Below are positions 24,967-36,792 of a stretch of 58,273 bases of DNA, one piece after another (position 1 is the first letter of the stretch; each line of letters opens with the position of its first letter). Under the pieces are notes generated by a model. It was not told where the DNA came from and did no database searches. It saw only the letters and a list, made by a program, of their open reading frames with translations. The DNA comes from Macrostomum lignano (Eukaryota). The stretch is taken from the NCBI GenBank assembly GCA_002269645.1, contig NIVC01002039.1, positions 1-58,273 of the forward strand, written 5' to 3'. A program made the position numbers and the translations under genes.

Positions 24967-26329
24967 TTTTCAATTGGAGAACATGAATTGTGGCCCTTAT
25001 AATTCAATTCTTACAGCAAGTCAATCGGAGTAAAAAGTTATGACATAATAATCAATTTCTCAGTCAGCCAGTATCAGTCTCAATTTAAGTCAGCAATATG
25101 GTTACGCAATTTAAATCAAGTCGTTTGTGCATTTCTTCGGCACTGTTTTCAACTTGTTGTGATGCAATCTTTATCACAATCGGAATTCAGTCGGTCAGTT
25201 TTTTCTCTAGCATTCTTACAATGCATTTCAAGTCGAAAATTTGGCTTGACCTTTGCAAAAAAGCATGTTTTTCGAATATTTAATCCCTTTAACATTGAGC
25301 AATTTCTTAGCCAAGATGCATGTACCGTCCCAGGAAAATTTCTGATCGAATGGTGCAAGTTTGAAGAAAATCGGTTGAGCCAATTTTTCTGAAATCTATC
25401 GCATACCCACATACCCACATACAGACAACTCATTTTTAGTATATAGGAAGGACTAGCAATCTTCGCCCCCCGATGGGGGACATCTAAATAGAATATCTGT
25501 TCTCTAAAAGTAACAAAAAGACAGCGAAATAAAGCTTTCACAAAGACAACAGACATTCCATCTGTAAAGAAAACATCCCCAGACAGCATGCAAGCATCTC
25601 CCAGATAGCAAGCATCCCCCAAATAGCAAGAATCCCCCAGATAGCAAGCATCCCCAGACAGCATGCAAGCATCTTCCAGATAGCAAGCATCCCCCAGATA
25701 GCAAGCATCCCCAGACAGCATGCAAGCATCTTCCAGATAGCAAGCATCCCCCAGATAGCAAGCATCCCCAGACAGCATGCAAGCATCTCCCAGATAGCAC
25801 GAATCCCCCAGACATAGAAAGCATCCCCAGACAGCACGCAAGCATCCCCCCGATAGCAAGAATCCCCAGATAGCAAGCATCCCCAGACAGCATGCAAGCA
25901 TCCCCCAGATAGCAAGCATCTCCCAGATAGCAAGAATCGCCCAGATAGCAAGCATCCCCAGACAGCATGCAAGCATCCCCAGACAGCATGCAAGCATCCC
26001 CAAACAGCATGCAACCATCCCCCAGATAGCAAGCATCCCTGGATACAAAGAATCCTTATAGATAGCTAGCAACCCCCTCTCAGATAGCAAGTAGCCTTCA
26101 CTCCCCAAGAGCAAGCATCCCCCAATAGCATGTTACCCCAGATAGCAAGCATTCTTCCGATAGCAAGCATCCATCCATCCAATAGCAAGCATCACTCAGA
26201 TAGCAAGCATCCCCCTGATAGCAAGTATCCATCCTTAAATAGCAAGCATCCACCAGACATCAAGTAGCTAGTGCAATAATTTCATTAGCTTTATAGTGGC
26301 TCCATTTTGTTTGGCATGACACTTCTTTT

Positions 26330-28880
26330 TATGTTTGACATGGTGGCTCTTCTATGTTTGACATGGACACATGGTGTCTCTTCTATGTTTGACATGGTGG
26401 CTCTTCTATGTTTGACATGGTAGCTCTTTAATGTTTGACATGGAGTCACGTATATGTTTGACATAGTGGCTCTTTAATGATTGACATCGTGGTTCTTTAA
26501 TGTTTGACATGGTGGCTCTTTAATGTTTGACATGGTGTCTCTGTTATGTTTTACATGGTGGCTCAGTTGTTCGACATGGTGTCTCTTCTATGTTTGACAT
26601 GGTGGCTCTTTTGTGTTTGACATTGTGGCTCTTTAATGTTTGACATGGTGGCTCTTCTATGTTTGACATGGTAGCACTTTAATCTTCGACATGATGGCTC
26701 TTTAATTTTTGACATTGTGGCTCTTTAATGTTTGATATGGTGGCTCTTTTATGTTTGACATGGTGGCTCTTTAATGTTTGACATGGAGTAATGTATATGC
26801 TTGACGTGGTGGTTCTTTTATGGTTGACATGGTGGCTTTTTTATGTTTGACATGGCGGCTCTTTTATGTTCGACATGGTGGCTCAATAATGTTCGACATG
26901 GTGGCTCTTTTATGTTTGACATGGTGGCTCTTTTATGTTCGACATGGTGGCTCTTTTGTGTTTGACATTGTGGCTCTTTAATGTCTGACATGGTGGCTCA
27001 ATAATGTTCGACATGGTGGCTCTTTTATGTTTGACATGCTGGCTCTTTAGTGTTTGACATGCTGGCTCTTTAATGTTTGACATAGTGGCTCTTTAATGTT
27101 TGGCATGGTGGATCTTTAATGTTTGACATGGAGTAATGTATATGCTTGACGTGGTGGTTCTTTTATGGTTGACATGGTGGCTTTTTTATGTTTGACATGG
27201 CGGCTCTTTTATGTTTGGCATGGTGGCTCTTTTATGTTTGACATGGTGGCTCTTTAATGTTTGACATGGTAGTTCTTTTATGTTTGATATGGTGGCTCTT
27301 TTATGTTTGGCATGGTGGCTCTTTAATGTTAGACATGGTGGCTCAATAATGTTCGACATGGTGGCTCTTTTATGTTCGACATGCTGGCTCTTTAATGTTT
27401 GACATGGTGGCTCTTTAATGTTTGGCATGGTGGCTCTTTAATGTTAGACATGGTGGCTCAATAATGCTCGACATGGTGGCTCTTTTATGTTCGACATGCT
27501 GGCTCTTTAATGTTTGACATGGTGGCTCTTTAATGTTTGGCATGGTGGCTCTTTAATGTTTGACATGGTGGCTCTTTTATGTTTGACATGGAGTAATGTA
27601 TATGCTTGACGTGGTGGTTCTTTTATGGTTGACATGGTGGCTCTTTTATGTTCAACATGGTGGCTCTTTTATGTTTGGCATGGTGGCTCTTTAATGTTTG
27701 GGATGGTGGCTCTTTAATATTTGACATGGTGGCCCTTTTATGTTCGACATGGTGGCTCTTCAATGTTTGACATGGTACCTCTTTTATGTTCGACATAGTG
27801 GCTCTTTAATGTTTTACATGGTGGCTCTTTATTGTTTGACATGGTGACTCTTTTATGTTCTTCATGGTAGATCTTTTATGTTTGACATGGTGGCTCTTTA
27901 ATGTTCGACATGGTGGCTCTTTAATGTTTGACATGGTGGCTCTTTACTTTTCGAAATGGTGGCTCTGTTTTATGTTTGACCTGGTGGCTCTTTAATGTTC
28001 GACATGGTGGCTCTTTAATGTTTTTATTGGTGTCTGTTTTATGTTTGACATGGTGGCTCTTTAATGTTTGACATGGTAGTTCTTTTATGTTTGATATGGT
28101 GGCTCCTTTATGTTCGACATAGTGGCTCTTTAATGTTCAACATGGTGGCTCTTTTAGGTTTGAAATGGTGGCTCTTTTGTGTTTGACATTGTGGCTCTTT
28201 AATGTTTGACATGGTGGCTCTTCTATGTTTGACATGGTTGCACTTTAATCTTCGACATGGTGGCTCTTTAATTTTTGACATTGTGGCTCTTTAATGTTTG
28301 ATATGGTGGCTCTTTTATGTTTGACATTGTGGCTCTTTAATGTTTGACATGGTAGTTCTTTTATGTTTGATATGGTGGCTCCTTTATGTTTGACATGTTG
28401 GCTCTTTTTGTTTGGCATGGTGGCTCTTTTATGTTCGACATGGTGGCTCAATGATGTTCGACATGGTGGCTCTTTTATGTTTGACATGGTGGCTCTTTTA
28501 TGTTCGACATGTTGGCTCTTTTATGTTTGACATGGTGGCTCTTTAATGTCTGACATGGTGGCTCAATAATATTCGACATGGTGGCTCTTTTATGTTTGAC
28601 ATGCTGGCTCTTTAGTGTTTGACATGCTGGCTCTTTAATGTTTGACATGGTGGCACTTTTATGTTTGACCTGGTGGCTCTTTACTGTTTGACCTGGACTC
28701 ACATATATGTTTGACATGGTGGCTCTTTTATGTTTGATATGGTGTCTTTTTTATGTTTTACATGGTGGCTCTTTAATGTTAGACATGGTGGCTCTTTAAT
28801 GTTCGACATGGTGGCTCTTTAATGTTCGACATGGTGGCTCTTTAATGTTTGACATGGTGGCTCTTTAATGTTTGACATTG
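26330..28880 (+). repeat. Minisatellite B, 23 bp
   Basis: Same monomer as 22795-24840. Confidence 0.95.
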
Positions 28881-28943
28881 TGCTTTTTTGTGTTTAGCAT
28901 TTGTGTTTTTAAGGTTTTTGAATAAAAAAATCTTTTTGCACTA

Positions 28944-29004
28944 CTAAGATTCGAACCCAGGTCGCTGCATTAGCAGTCCAGTCTGTTCGCATCTATGCTA
29001 TCTC
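28944..29004 (-). ncRNA. tRNA-derived Pol III-like cassette
   Basis: Minus: TAGCATAGATGC, CTGGA-CTGCTAA-TGCAG, CTGGG-TTCGAAT-CTTAG, then TTTTTTT. Confidence 0.6.
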
Positions 29005-29128
29005 TTGTCAATTGGAGTACGTTAATTGTGGCCCTTATAATTAAATTCTTATAGCAAATCGGTTGAGCCATTTTTTCTGAAATCTATCGCATAGCTAGTT
29101 ACAGACATTTCATTTTTAGTAAATAGGA

Positions 29129-29485
29129 TTAGCTAATTAGAGCTGGCTGCCACCAGCCAGAATAATTTTTTTATTGCCCCCCCCCCTTTAAGTGGGGCCC
29201 AGTGAGTTTCTTATCAGTTGGCTCTGGCGCAATCAATTAAAATTAGCTGTGATGTTTCTCGCTGATAAAATTTGCATTTACAGACATTTCATTTTTAGTA
29301 TATAGGATTAGCTAATTAGAGCTGGCTGCCACCAGCCAGAATAATTTTTTTATTGCCCCCCCCCTTTAAGTGGGGCCCAGTGAGTTTCTTATCAGTTGGC
29401 TCTGGCGCAATCAATTAAAATTAGCTGTGAAGTTTCTCGCTGATAAAATTTGCATTTACAGACATTTCATTTTTAGTATATAGGA
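29129..29485 (-). mobile_element. Two tandem ~178-bp minimal Helitron units (29129-29307, 29308-29485)
   Basis: Each has a 7-bp-stem hairpin ctggctg-ccac-cagccag, a CTAA end and a TCCTATATACTAAAAATG start. Confidence 0.75.
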
Positions 29486-29809
29486 TTAGCTAATTAGAGC
29501 TGGCTGCCAGCAGCCAGAAAAATTTTTTTATTGCCCCCCCCCTTTAAGTGGGGCGCAGTGAGTTTCTTATCAGTTGGCTCTGGCGCAATCAATTAAAATT
29601 AGCTGTGATGTTTCTCGCTGATAAAATTTGCATTGAAAAAGGCCATTTAAAACAGTTTTTTCGAATATTTAATCCCTTTAGCATTGAAGCAGATACAAGG
29701 AATTTTAACCATACAATCCCAGGCTGATTACAAATCTTTTGGCAAAAACGCGATGAAAATCGGTGAAGAATTGCAATCTCTAGAGCGTTATGGACAAGCA
29801 AGCATACAA

Positions 29810-31670
29810 AATGTTCGACAGGGTGGCTCTTTAATGTTTGACATGGTGGCTCTTTAATGTTCGACATGGTGGCTCTTTAATGTTCGACATGGTGGCTCTT
29901 TAATGTTCGACAGGGTGGCTCTTTAATGTTTGACATGGTGGCTCTTTAATGTTCAACATGGTGGCTCTCTAATGTTTGACATGGTGGCTTTTTAATGTTC
30001 GACATGGTGGCTCTTTAATGCTCGACATTGTGGCTTTTTAATGTTCGACATGGTGGCTCTTTAATTTTCTACATTGTTGCTCCTTAATGTTTGACATGGT
30101 GGCTCTTTAATGTTCTACATGGTGGTTCTTTAATGTTCTACATTGTGGCTCTTTAATATTTGACATGGTGGCTCTTTAATGTTCAACATGGTGGCTCTTT
30201 ATTGTTTGACATGATGGCTCTTTAATGTTCGACATGGTGGCTCCTAAATGTTAGACATGGTGGCTCTTTAATGTTCGACATGGTGGCTCTTTATTGTTCT
30301 AAATTGTGGCTCTTTAATGTTCGACATAGTGGCTCTTTAACGTTCGACAGGGTGGCTCTTTAATGTTTGACATGGAGTCACGTATGTGTTAGACATGGAG
30401 TCATGTATATATTTGGCATGGAGTCACATATATGCTTTACATGGTGGCTCTTTAATGTTTGACATGGTGGCTCTTTAATGTTCGACAGGGTGGCTCTTTA
30501 ATGTTTGACATGGTGGCTCTTTAATGTTCAACATGGTGGCTCTTTAATGTTTGACATGGTGGCTTTTTAATGTTCGACATGGTGGCTCTTTAATGCTCGA
30601 CATTGTGGCTGTTTAATGTTCTACATTGTGGCTCTTTAATTTTCTACATTGTTGCTCCTTAATGTTTGACATGGTGGCTCTTTAATGTTCTACATGGTGG
30701 TTCTTTAATGTTCTACATTGTGGCTCTTTAATATTTGACATGGTGGCTCTTTAATGTTCAACATGGTGGCTCTTTATTGTTTGACATGATGGCTCTTTAA
30801 TGTTCGACATGGTGGCTCCTAAATGTTAGACATGGTGGCTCTTTAATGTTCGACATGGTGGCTCTTTATTGTTCTAAATTGTGGCTCTTTAATGTTCGAC
30901 ATAGTGGCTCTTTAACGTTCGACAGGGTGGCTCTTTAATGTTTGACATGGAGTCACGTATGTGTTAGACATGGAGTCATGTATATATTTGGCATGGAGTC
31001 ACATATATGCTTTACATGGTGGCTCTTTAATGTTTGACATAGTGGCTCTTTAATGTTTGACATAGTGGCTTTTTAATGTTTGACATGATGGCTCTTTAAT
31101 GTTCGACATGGTGGCTGTTTAATGTTTGTTATGGAGTCATATGTATATGTTTTACATGGTGGCTCTTTTATGTGTGACATGGAGTCACGTATATATTTGA
31201 CATGGAGTCACTTATATGTTTGACATGGTGGCTCTTTAGTGTTCGATATGGTGGCTCTTTAATGTTTGACATGGTGGCTCTTTAATGTTTGACATAGTGG
31301 CTTTTAATTTTTTACTTGGTGGCTCTTTAATGTTTGACATGGAGTCACGTATGTGTTTGACATGGAGTCACGTAAATGCTTTACATGGTGGCTCTTTATG
31401 TTCGACAAAGAGTCATAAGTATATGTTTTACATCGTGGCTCTTTTTTGTTTGACATGGAGTCACGTATATGTTTGACATGGAGTCACATATATGCTTTAC
31501 ATGGTGGCTCTTTAATGTTTGACATGTTGGCTCTTTAATGTTTGACATTGTGGCTCTTTTATGCTTGACATGGTGGCTCTTTTATGCTTGACATGGTGGC
31601 TCTTTAATGTTCGACATGGTGGCTCTTTAATGTTCAACATGGTGGCTCTTCTATGTTTGACATTGTGCTT
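29810..31670 (+). repeat. Minisatellite B with 575-bp higher-order duplication
   Basis: The variant order starting cagggtggctc at 29911 recurs at 30486. Confidence 0.9.
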
Positions 31671-31729
31671 CTTTTATGTTTAGCAGTTTTGTGTTTTTAA
31701 TGTTTTAATAAAAAAATATTTTTGCACTA

Positions 31730-31790
31730 CTAAGATTCGAACCCAGGTCACTACATTAGCATCCCAGTCTGTTCGCATCTGGGCTATCTC
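31730..31790 (-). ncRNA. tRNA-derived Pol III-like cassette
   Basis: gattcgaacccaggtcactacattagcatcccag...gctatctc. Confidence 0.55.
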
Positions 31791-32219
31791 TTTTCATTTG
31801 GAGAACATGAATTGTGGCCCTTATAATTCAATTCTTACAGCAAGTCAATTGGAGTAGAAAGTTATGACATAATCAATTTCTCAGTCAGCCAGTATCAGTC
31901 TCAATTTAAGTTAGCAATATAGTTACGCAATTTTAATCAAGTCGGGTGTGCATTTCATCGACACTGTTTTCAACTTGTTGTGATGCAATCTTTATTACAA
32001 TCGGAATTGAGCCAGTCAGTTTTTTCTCTAGCATTCTTACAATGCATTCCAGGTCGAAAGAGCTGCTTGACCTTTGCAAAAAAGCATGTTTTTCGAATAT
32101 TTAATCCCTTTAAAATTGAGCAATTTCTTAGCCAGGATGCATGTACCGTCCCAGGAAAATTTCTGATCGAATGGTGCAAGTTTGAAGAAAATCGGTTGAG
32201 CAATTTTTAGTATATAGGA

Positions 32220-32995
32220 AGTAAAAGAGATTCTTAGAATACAAAGTAGAAGACATTCTTAGAATACAGCAAAGTAGAAAAGATTCTTAGAATACAAAGT
32301 AGAAGACATTCTTACAATACAAATTAGAAGAGATTCTGAGAATAGAAAGTAGAAGACATTCTTAGAATACAAAGTAGAAGTCATTCTTAGAATACAAAGT
32401 AGAAGAGATTCTTAGAATGCAAAAGTAGAAAAGATTCTTAGAATACAAAGTAGAAGAGATTCTTAGAATACAAAGTAGAATTAATTCTAAGAATGCGAAG
32501 TACAAGAGATTCTTAGAATGCAAAAGTAGAAAAGATTCTTAGAATAGATTTATATAATTCAACACTCACAGCAAGTCTATTGAGTTAAAGTCACATGAAA
32601 CAGTTATGGCATAATCAATTTCTTAGGCAAGTCAGTACCAGTCTCTATTAAAGTTAGCAATATGGTTATGCAATATAAATCAAGTGTTGTGTTATGCTTC
32701 CAAACTGCGTTTTCAATACTGTGACGCAATTCAAGTTGGAGTTACAATTCAGTTATGATGCAATCTATTTCAGAATCAGAATTCAACCAGTCAGTTTTTT
32801 TCTCTAGCATTCTTACAATGCATTTCAAGTCGGAAAGTTTGCTTGACCTTTGCAAAAAAGCATGTTTTTCGAATATTTAATCCCTTTAACATGGAGAAAT
32901 TTCTTAGCCAAGATGCATGTACCGTCACAGGAAAATTTCTGATCGAACAGTGCAAGTTCGAAGAAAATCGGTCCAGCCATTTTTGCTAAAATCGA

Positions 32996-33057
<62 letters not shown>

Positions 33058-33082
33058 CGACAGACCATTTTTAGTGTATGGA
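32220..33082 (-). mobile_element. 3'-truncated Helitron H7 (minisatellite E 32221-32548; (CA)n 32997-33052)
   Basis: Intact head to 33082. No hairpin/CTAG at the left; begins in ~24-bp aaagtagaagagattcttagaatac repeats. Confidence 0.75.
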
Positions 33083-33854
33083 CTAGCAATCTAGTGCGGC
33101 CCCCCTTCGGGGCGCCCAATAAGCACGGAGCAAAAATAGTTAATTGAAAACAATTAAAAAAGCACATTTTCTTAAACACCAATTCCTTCTTAACTTTTAA
33201 AAATCACCTTTTTCATGTAAAATTGTCACGGACAATGATATTTGCTATGAATCTATTTTTTTCTAAAATTAACAAATCTAAAACAAAATATAACTTTCAC
33301 AAAGATAATAGACATTACCCCTAAATAGAAAATATTCCAAAGACAGCAAGCATCCCTCCAGATAGCAAGCACCCCCTCCAAAAGTAAGCAACCGCAGATA
33401 GCAAGCATCCCCTAATACTCGTAGCAAGCATCCACCTAGATAGCGAGCATCCTGCAGACAGCAAGCATTTCCCAAATATTGTAGAATAATCCATCCAGAT
33501 AGCAAGCATCCCCCAAATATTGTAGAAGCATCCACCCAGATAGCAAGCATCCCCCAAATATTGTAGAAGCATCCACCCAGATAACAAGCATCTGCAGATA
33601 GCAAGCATCCCCCAAATATTGTAGAAGCATCCAGCTAGATAGCAAGCATCCCCCAAATATTGTAGAAGCATCCACCCAGACAGCAAGCATCCACCCAGAC
33701 AGCAAGCATCCTGCAGATACCAAGCACCCCCCAGATATTGTAGAAGCATCCACCCAGACAGCAAGCATCCCCCAGATAGCAAGCATTCACCCAGTTAGCA
33801 AGAATCCATAAAAAGCAAACATCCCTAGATAGAAAGAATCCCATACATGTAGCC

Positions 33855-36115
33855 AAGCTTATCAAGCGCAGTAATCCTTTGTTTGCCAAGCGCAGTAATC
33901 CTTGGTTTATCAAGTGCAGTAAGCCTTGGTCTATCAAGTGCAGTAATCGTTGGTCTATCAGGTGCAGAAATCATTGGTTTATCAAGTGCAGTAATTCTTG
34001 GTATATAAACTGCAGTAATCCTTGGTTTATCAAGTGCAGTAAGTCTTGGTTTATCAAGTGCAGAAATCTTTGACTTATCAAGCGAAGTCATCTTTGGCTT
34101 ATCAAGTGCAGTAATCCTTCCTTTATCAAGTGCAGAAATCCTTGGTTAATCAAGTACAGTAAGCCTTGGTCTAACAAGTGCAGTAAGTCTTGGTTTATCA
34201 AGTGCAGTAATCCTTGGTTTATCAAGTGCAGTAACTCTTGGTTAATCAAGTGCAGTAATCACTGGTTTATCAAGTGCAGTAATCACTGGTTTATCAAGTG
34301 CAGTAATCCTTGGCTTATCAAGTGCAGTAAGTTCTGGCCTATCGAATGCAGAAATTCTTAGTTTATCAAGTGCAGTAAGTCTTGGTTTATCAAGTGCAGT
34401 AATCCTTGGCTTATCATGTGCAGTATATCTTGGTTTATCAAGTGCAATAATCCTTGGCTTATCAAGTGCAGTAATCCTTTGTTTATCAAGTGCAGTAATC
34501 CTTGGTTTATCAAGTGCAGTAAGTTCTGGTCTATCACGTGCAATAATCCTTCGCTTATCAAGTGCAAAATTCATTGGTTTATCAAGTGCAATAATCCTTG
34601 GTTTATCAAGTGCAGTAATCCTTGGTTTATAAAGTGCCGTAAGTCTTGGTTTATCCAGTGAAGTAATCATTAGTTTATCAAGTGCAATAAGTCTTGGTTT
34701 ATCAAGTGCAGAAATCCTTGGCTTATCAAGTGCAGTAATCCTTGGTTTATCAAGTGCAGTAATCCTTGGTTTATCAAGTGCAGTAAGTTCTGGTCTATCA
34801 AGTGCAATAATCCTTCGCTTATCAAGTGCAATAATCCTTGGTTTATCAAGCGCAGTAGTCCTTGGTTTATCAAGCGCAGTAATCGTTGGCTTATCGAGCG
34901 CAATAATCCTTGGTTTATCAAGTGCAATAATCCTTGGTTTATCAAGTGCAGTAAGGGGGTTTATCAAGTGCAGTAAGTTCTGGTCTATCAAGTGCAATAA
35001 TCCTTGGTTTATCAAGTGCAATAATCCTTGGTTTATCAAGCGCAGTAATCTTTGGCTTATCAAGTGCAATAATCCTTGGTTTATCAAGCGCAGTAGTCCT
35101 TGGTTTATCAAGCGCAGTAATCGTTGGCTTATCGAGCGCAGTAATCCTTGGTTTATCAAGTGCAATAATTCTTGGTTTATCAAGCGCAGTAATCTTTGGC
35201 TTATCAAGTGCAATAATCCTTGGTTTATCAAGTGCAGTAAGGGGGTTTATCAAGTGCAGTAAGTTCTGGTCTATCAAGTGCAATAATCCTTGGTCTATCA
35301 AGTGCAATGATCCTTGGTTTATCAAGCGCAGTAATCCTTGGCTTATCGAGCGCAATAATCCTTGGTTTATCAAGCGCAGTAATCTTTGGCTTATCAAGTG
35401 CAATAATCCTTGGTTTATCAAGCGCAGTAATCTTTGGCTTATCAAGTGCAATAATCCTTGGTTTATCAAGTGCAGTAAGGGGTTTATCAAGTGCAGTAAG
35501 GTTATCAAGTGGTAAGGTTTATCAAGTGCAATAATCCTTGGTTTATCAAGTGCAATAATCCTTGGTTTATCAAGTGCAATAATCCTTGGTTTATCAAGTG
35601 CAGTAAGGCTTATCAAGTGCAATAATCCTTGGTTTATCAAGTGCAGTAAGGGGGTTTATCAAGTGCAGTAAGTTCTGGTCTATCAAGTGCAATAATCCTT
35701 GGCTTATCAAGTGCAGTCAGTCTTGGTTTATCAAGTGCAGTAATCCTTGGCTTATCAAGTGCAATAATCCTTGGTTTATCAAGCGCAGTAATCCTTGGCT
35801 TATCGAGTGCAATAATCCTTGGTTTATCAAGCGCAGTAATCTTTGGCTTATCGAGTGCAATAATCCTTGGCTTATCAAGTGCAATAATCCTTGGCTTATC
35901 AACTGCAATAATCCTTGGCTTATCAAGTGCAATAATCCTTGGTTTATCAAATGCAGTAATCCTTGGCCTATCAAGTGCAATAATCCTTGGTTTATCAAGT
36001 GCAATAATCCTTGGTTTATCAAGTGCAATAATCCTTGGTTTATCAAGTGCAGTAATCCTTGGCCTATCAAGTGCAATAATCCTTGGTTTATCAAGTGCAA
36101 TAATCCTTGGTTTAC
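33855..36115 (+). repeat. Minisatellite C, 24 bp
   Basis: tcaagtgcagtaatccttggttta repeated. Confidence 0.95.
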
Positions 36116-36201
36116 AATCCATAACCTAGGTCTTTTTAATTAGTTTTTTAATAAAAGCTTTCAATAAAAAATTTATGCTACTTTTATTCTTTTATACACT
36201 A

Positions 36202-36262
36202 CTAAGATTCGAACCCAGGTAGCTGCATTAGCAGTCCAGTTTGTTTACATCTAGGCTAGCTC
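36202..36262 (-). ncRNA. tRNA-derived Pol III-like cassette
   Basis: gattcgaacccaggtagctgcattagcagtccag...ggctagctctc. Confidence 0.55.
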
Positions 36263-36792
36263 TCATTGAAATTATAAATGAATTTGTAGCACTTATAATT
36301 CAACACTCACACCAAGTCAATTGAGTAAAAGTTACACGAGGCAGTTATGACATAATCAATTTTTTAGGCAAGTCAGTACCAGTGTCTATGAAAGTTAACA
36401 ATATGGTTACGTAATATAAATTCAGTACTACGCTATGCTTTCACACTCAAAGCTGTGACGCAATTCAATTGAGTGTCAAATTCAGCCAGTACACAGACGA
36501 TAAATAAAGTGTATTGTGATGCAATCTATTTCAGAATCAGAATTCAACCAGTCAGTTTTTCTGCTAGCATTCTTACAATGCATTTCAAGTCGAAAGAGCT
36601 GCTTGACCTTTGCAAAAAAGCATGTTTTTCGAATATTTAATCCCTTTAGCATCGAGCAATTTCTTAGCAACGATGCATGTACCGTCACGGAAAAATTTCT
36701 GATCGAATGGTGCAAATTCGAAGAAAATCGGTTGAGCCGTTTTTGCTAAAATCGATCACACACATACCGACAGACCATTTTTAGTATATGGA

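Larger units (their letters stand above)
21916..25452 (-). mobile_element. Non-autonomous Helitron H3 (tail b; A array 22038-22735, B array 22795-24840)
   Basis: CTAG 21916-21919 plus hairpin; head ends at 25452. Confidence 0.85.
25453..29128 (-). mobile_element. Non-autonomous Helitron H4 (tail b; A and B arrays; head internally deleted)
   Basis: CTAG 25453-25456 plus hairpin. Head jumps from ttcttatagcaa to atcggttgagcc near 29055; 5' end at 29128. Confidence 0.85.
29486..32219 (-). mobile_element. Non-autonomous Helitron H6 (tail c; B array 29810-31670)
   Basis: CTAA-type tail joined to a B-type body; 5' end at 32219. Confidence 0.8.
33083..36792 (-). mobile_element. Non-autonomous Helitron H8 (tail d; A-variant 33340-33830, C array)
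   Basis: CTAG 33083-33086 with gcccc-ccttc-ggggc hairpin; head ends at 36792. Confidence 0.85.
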
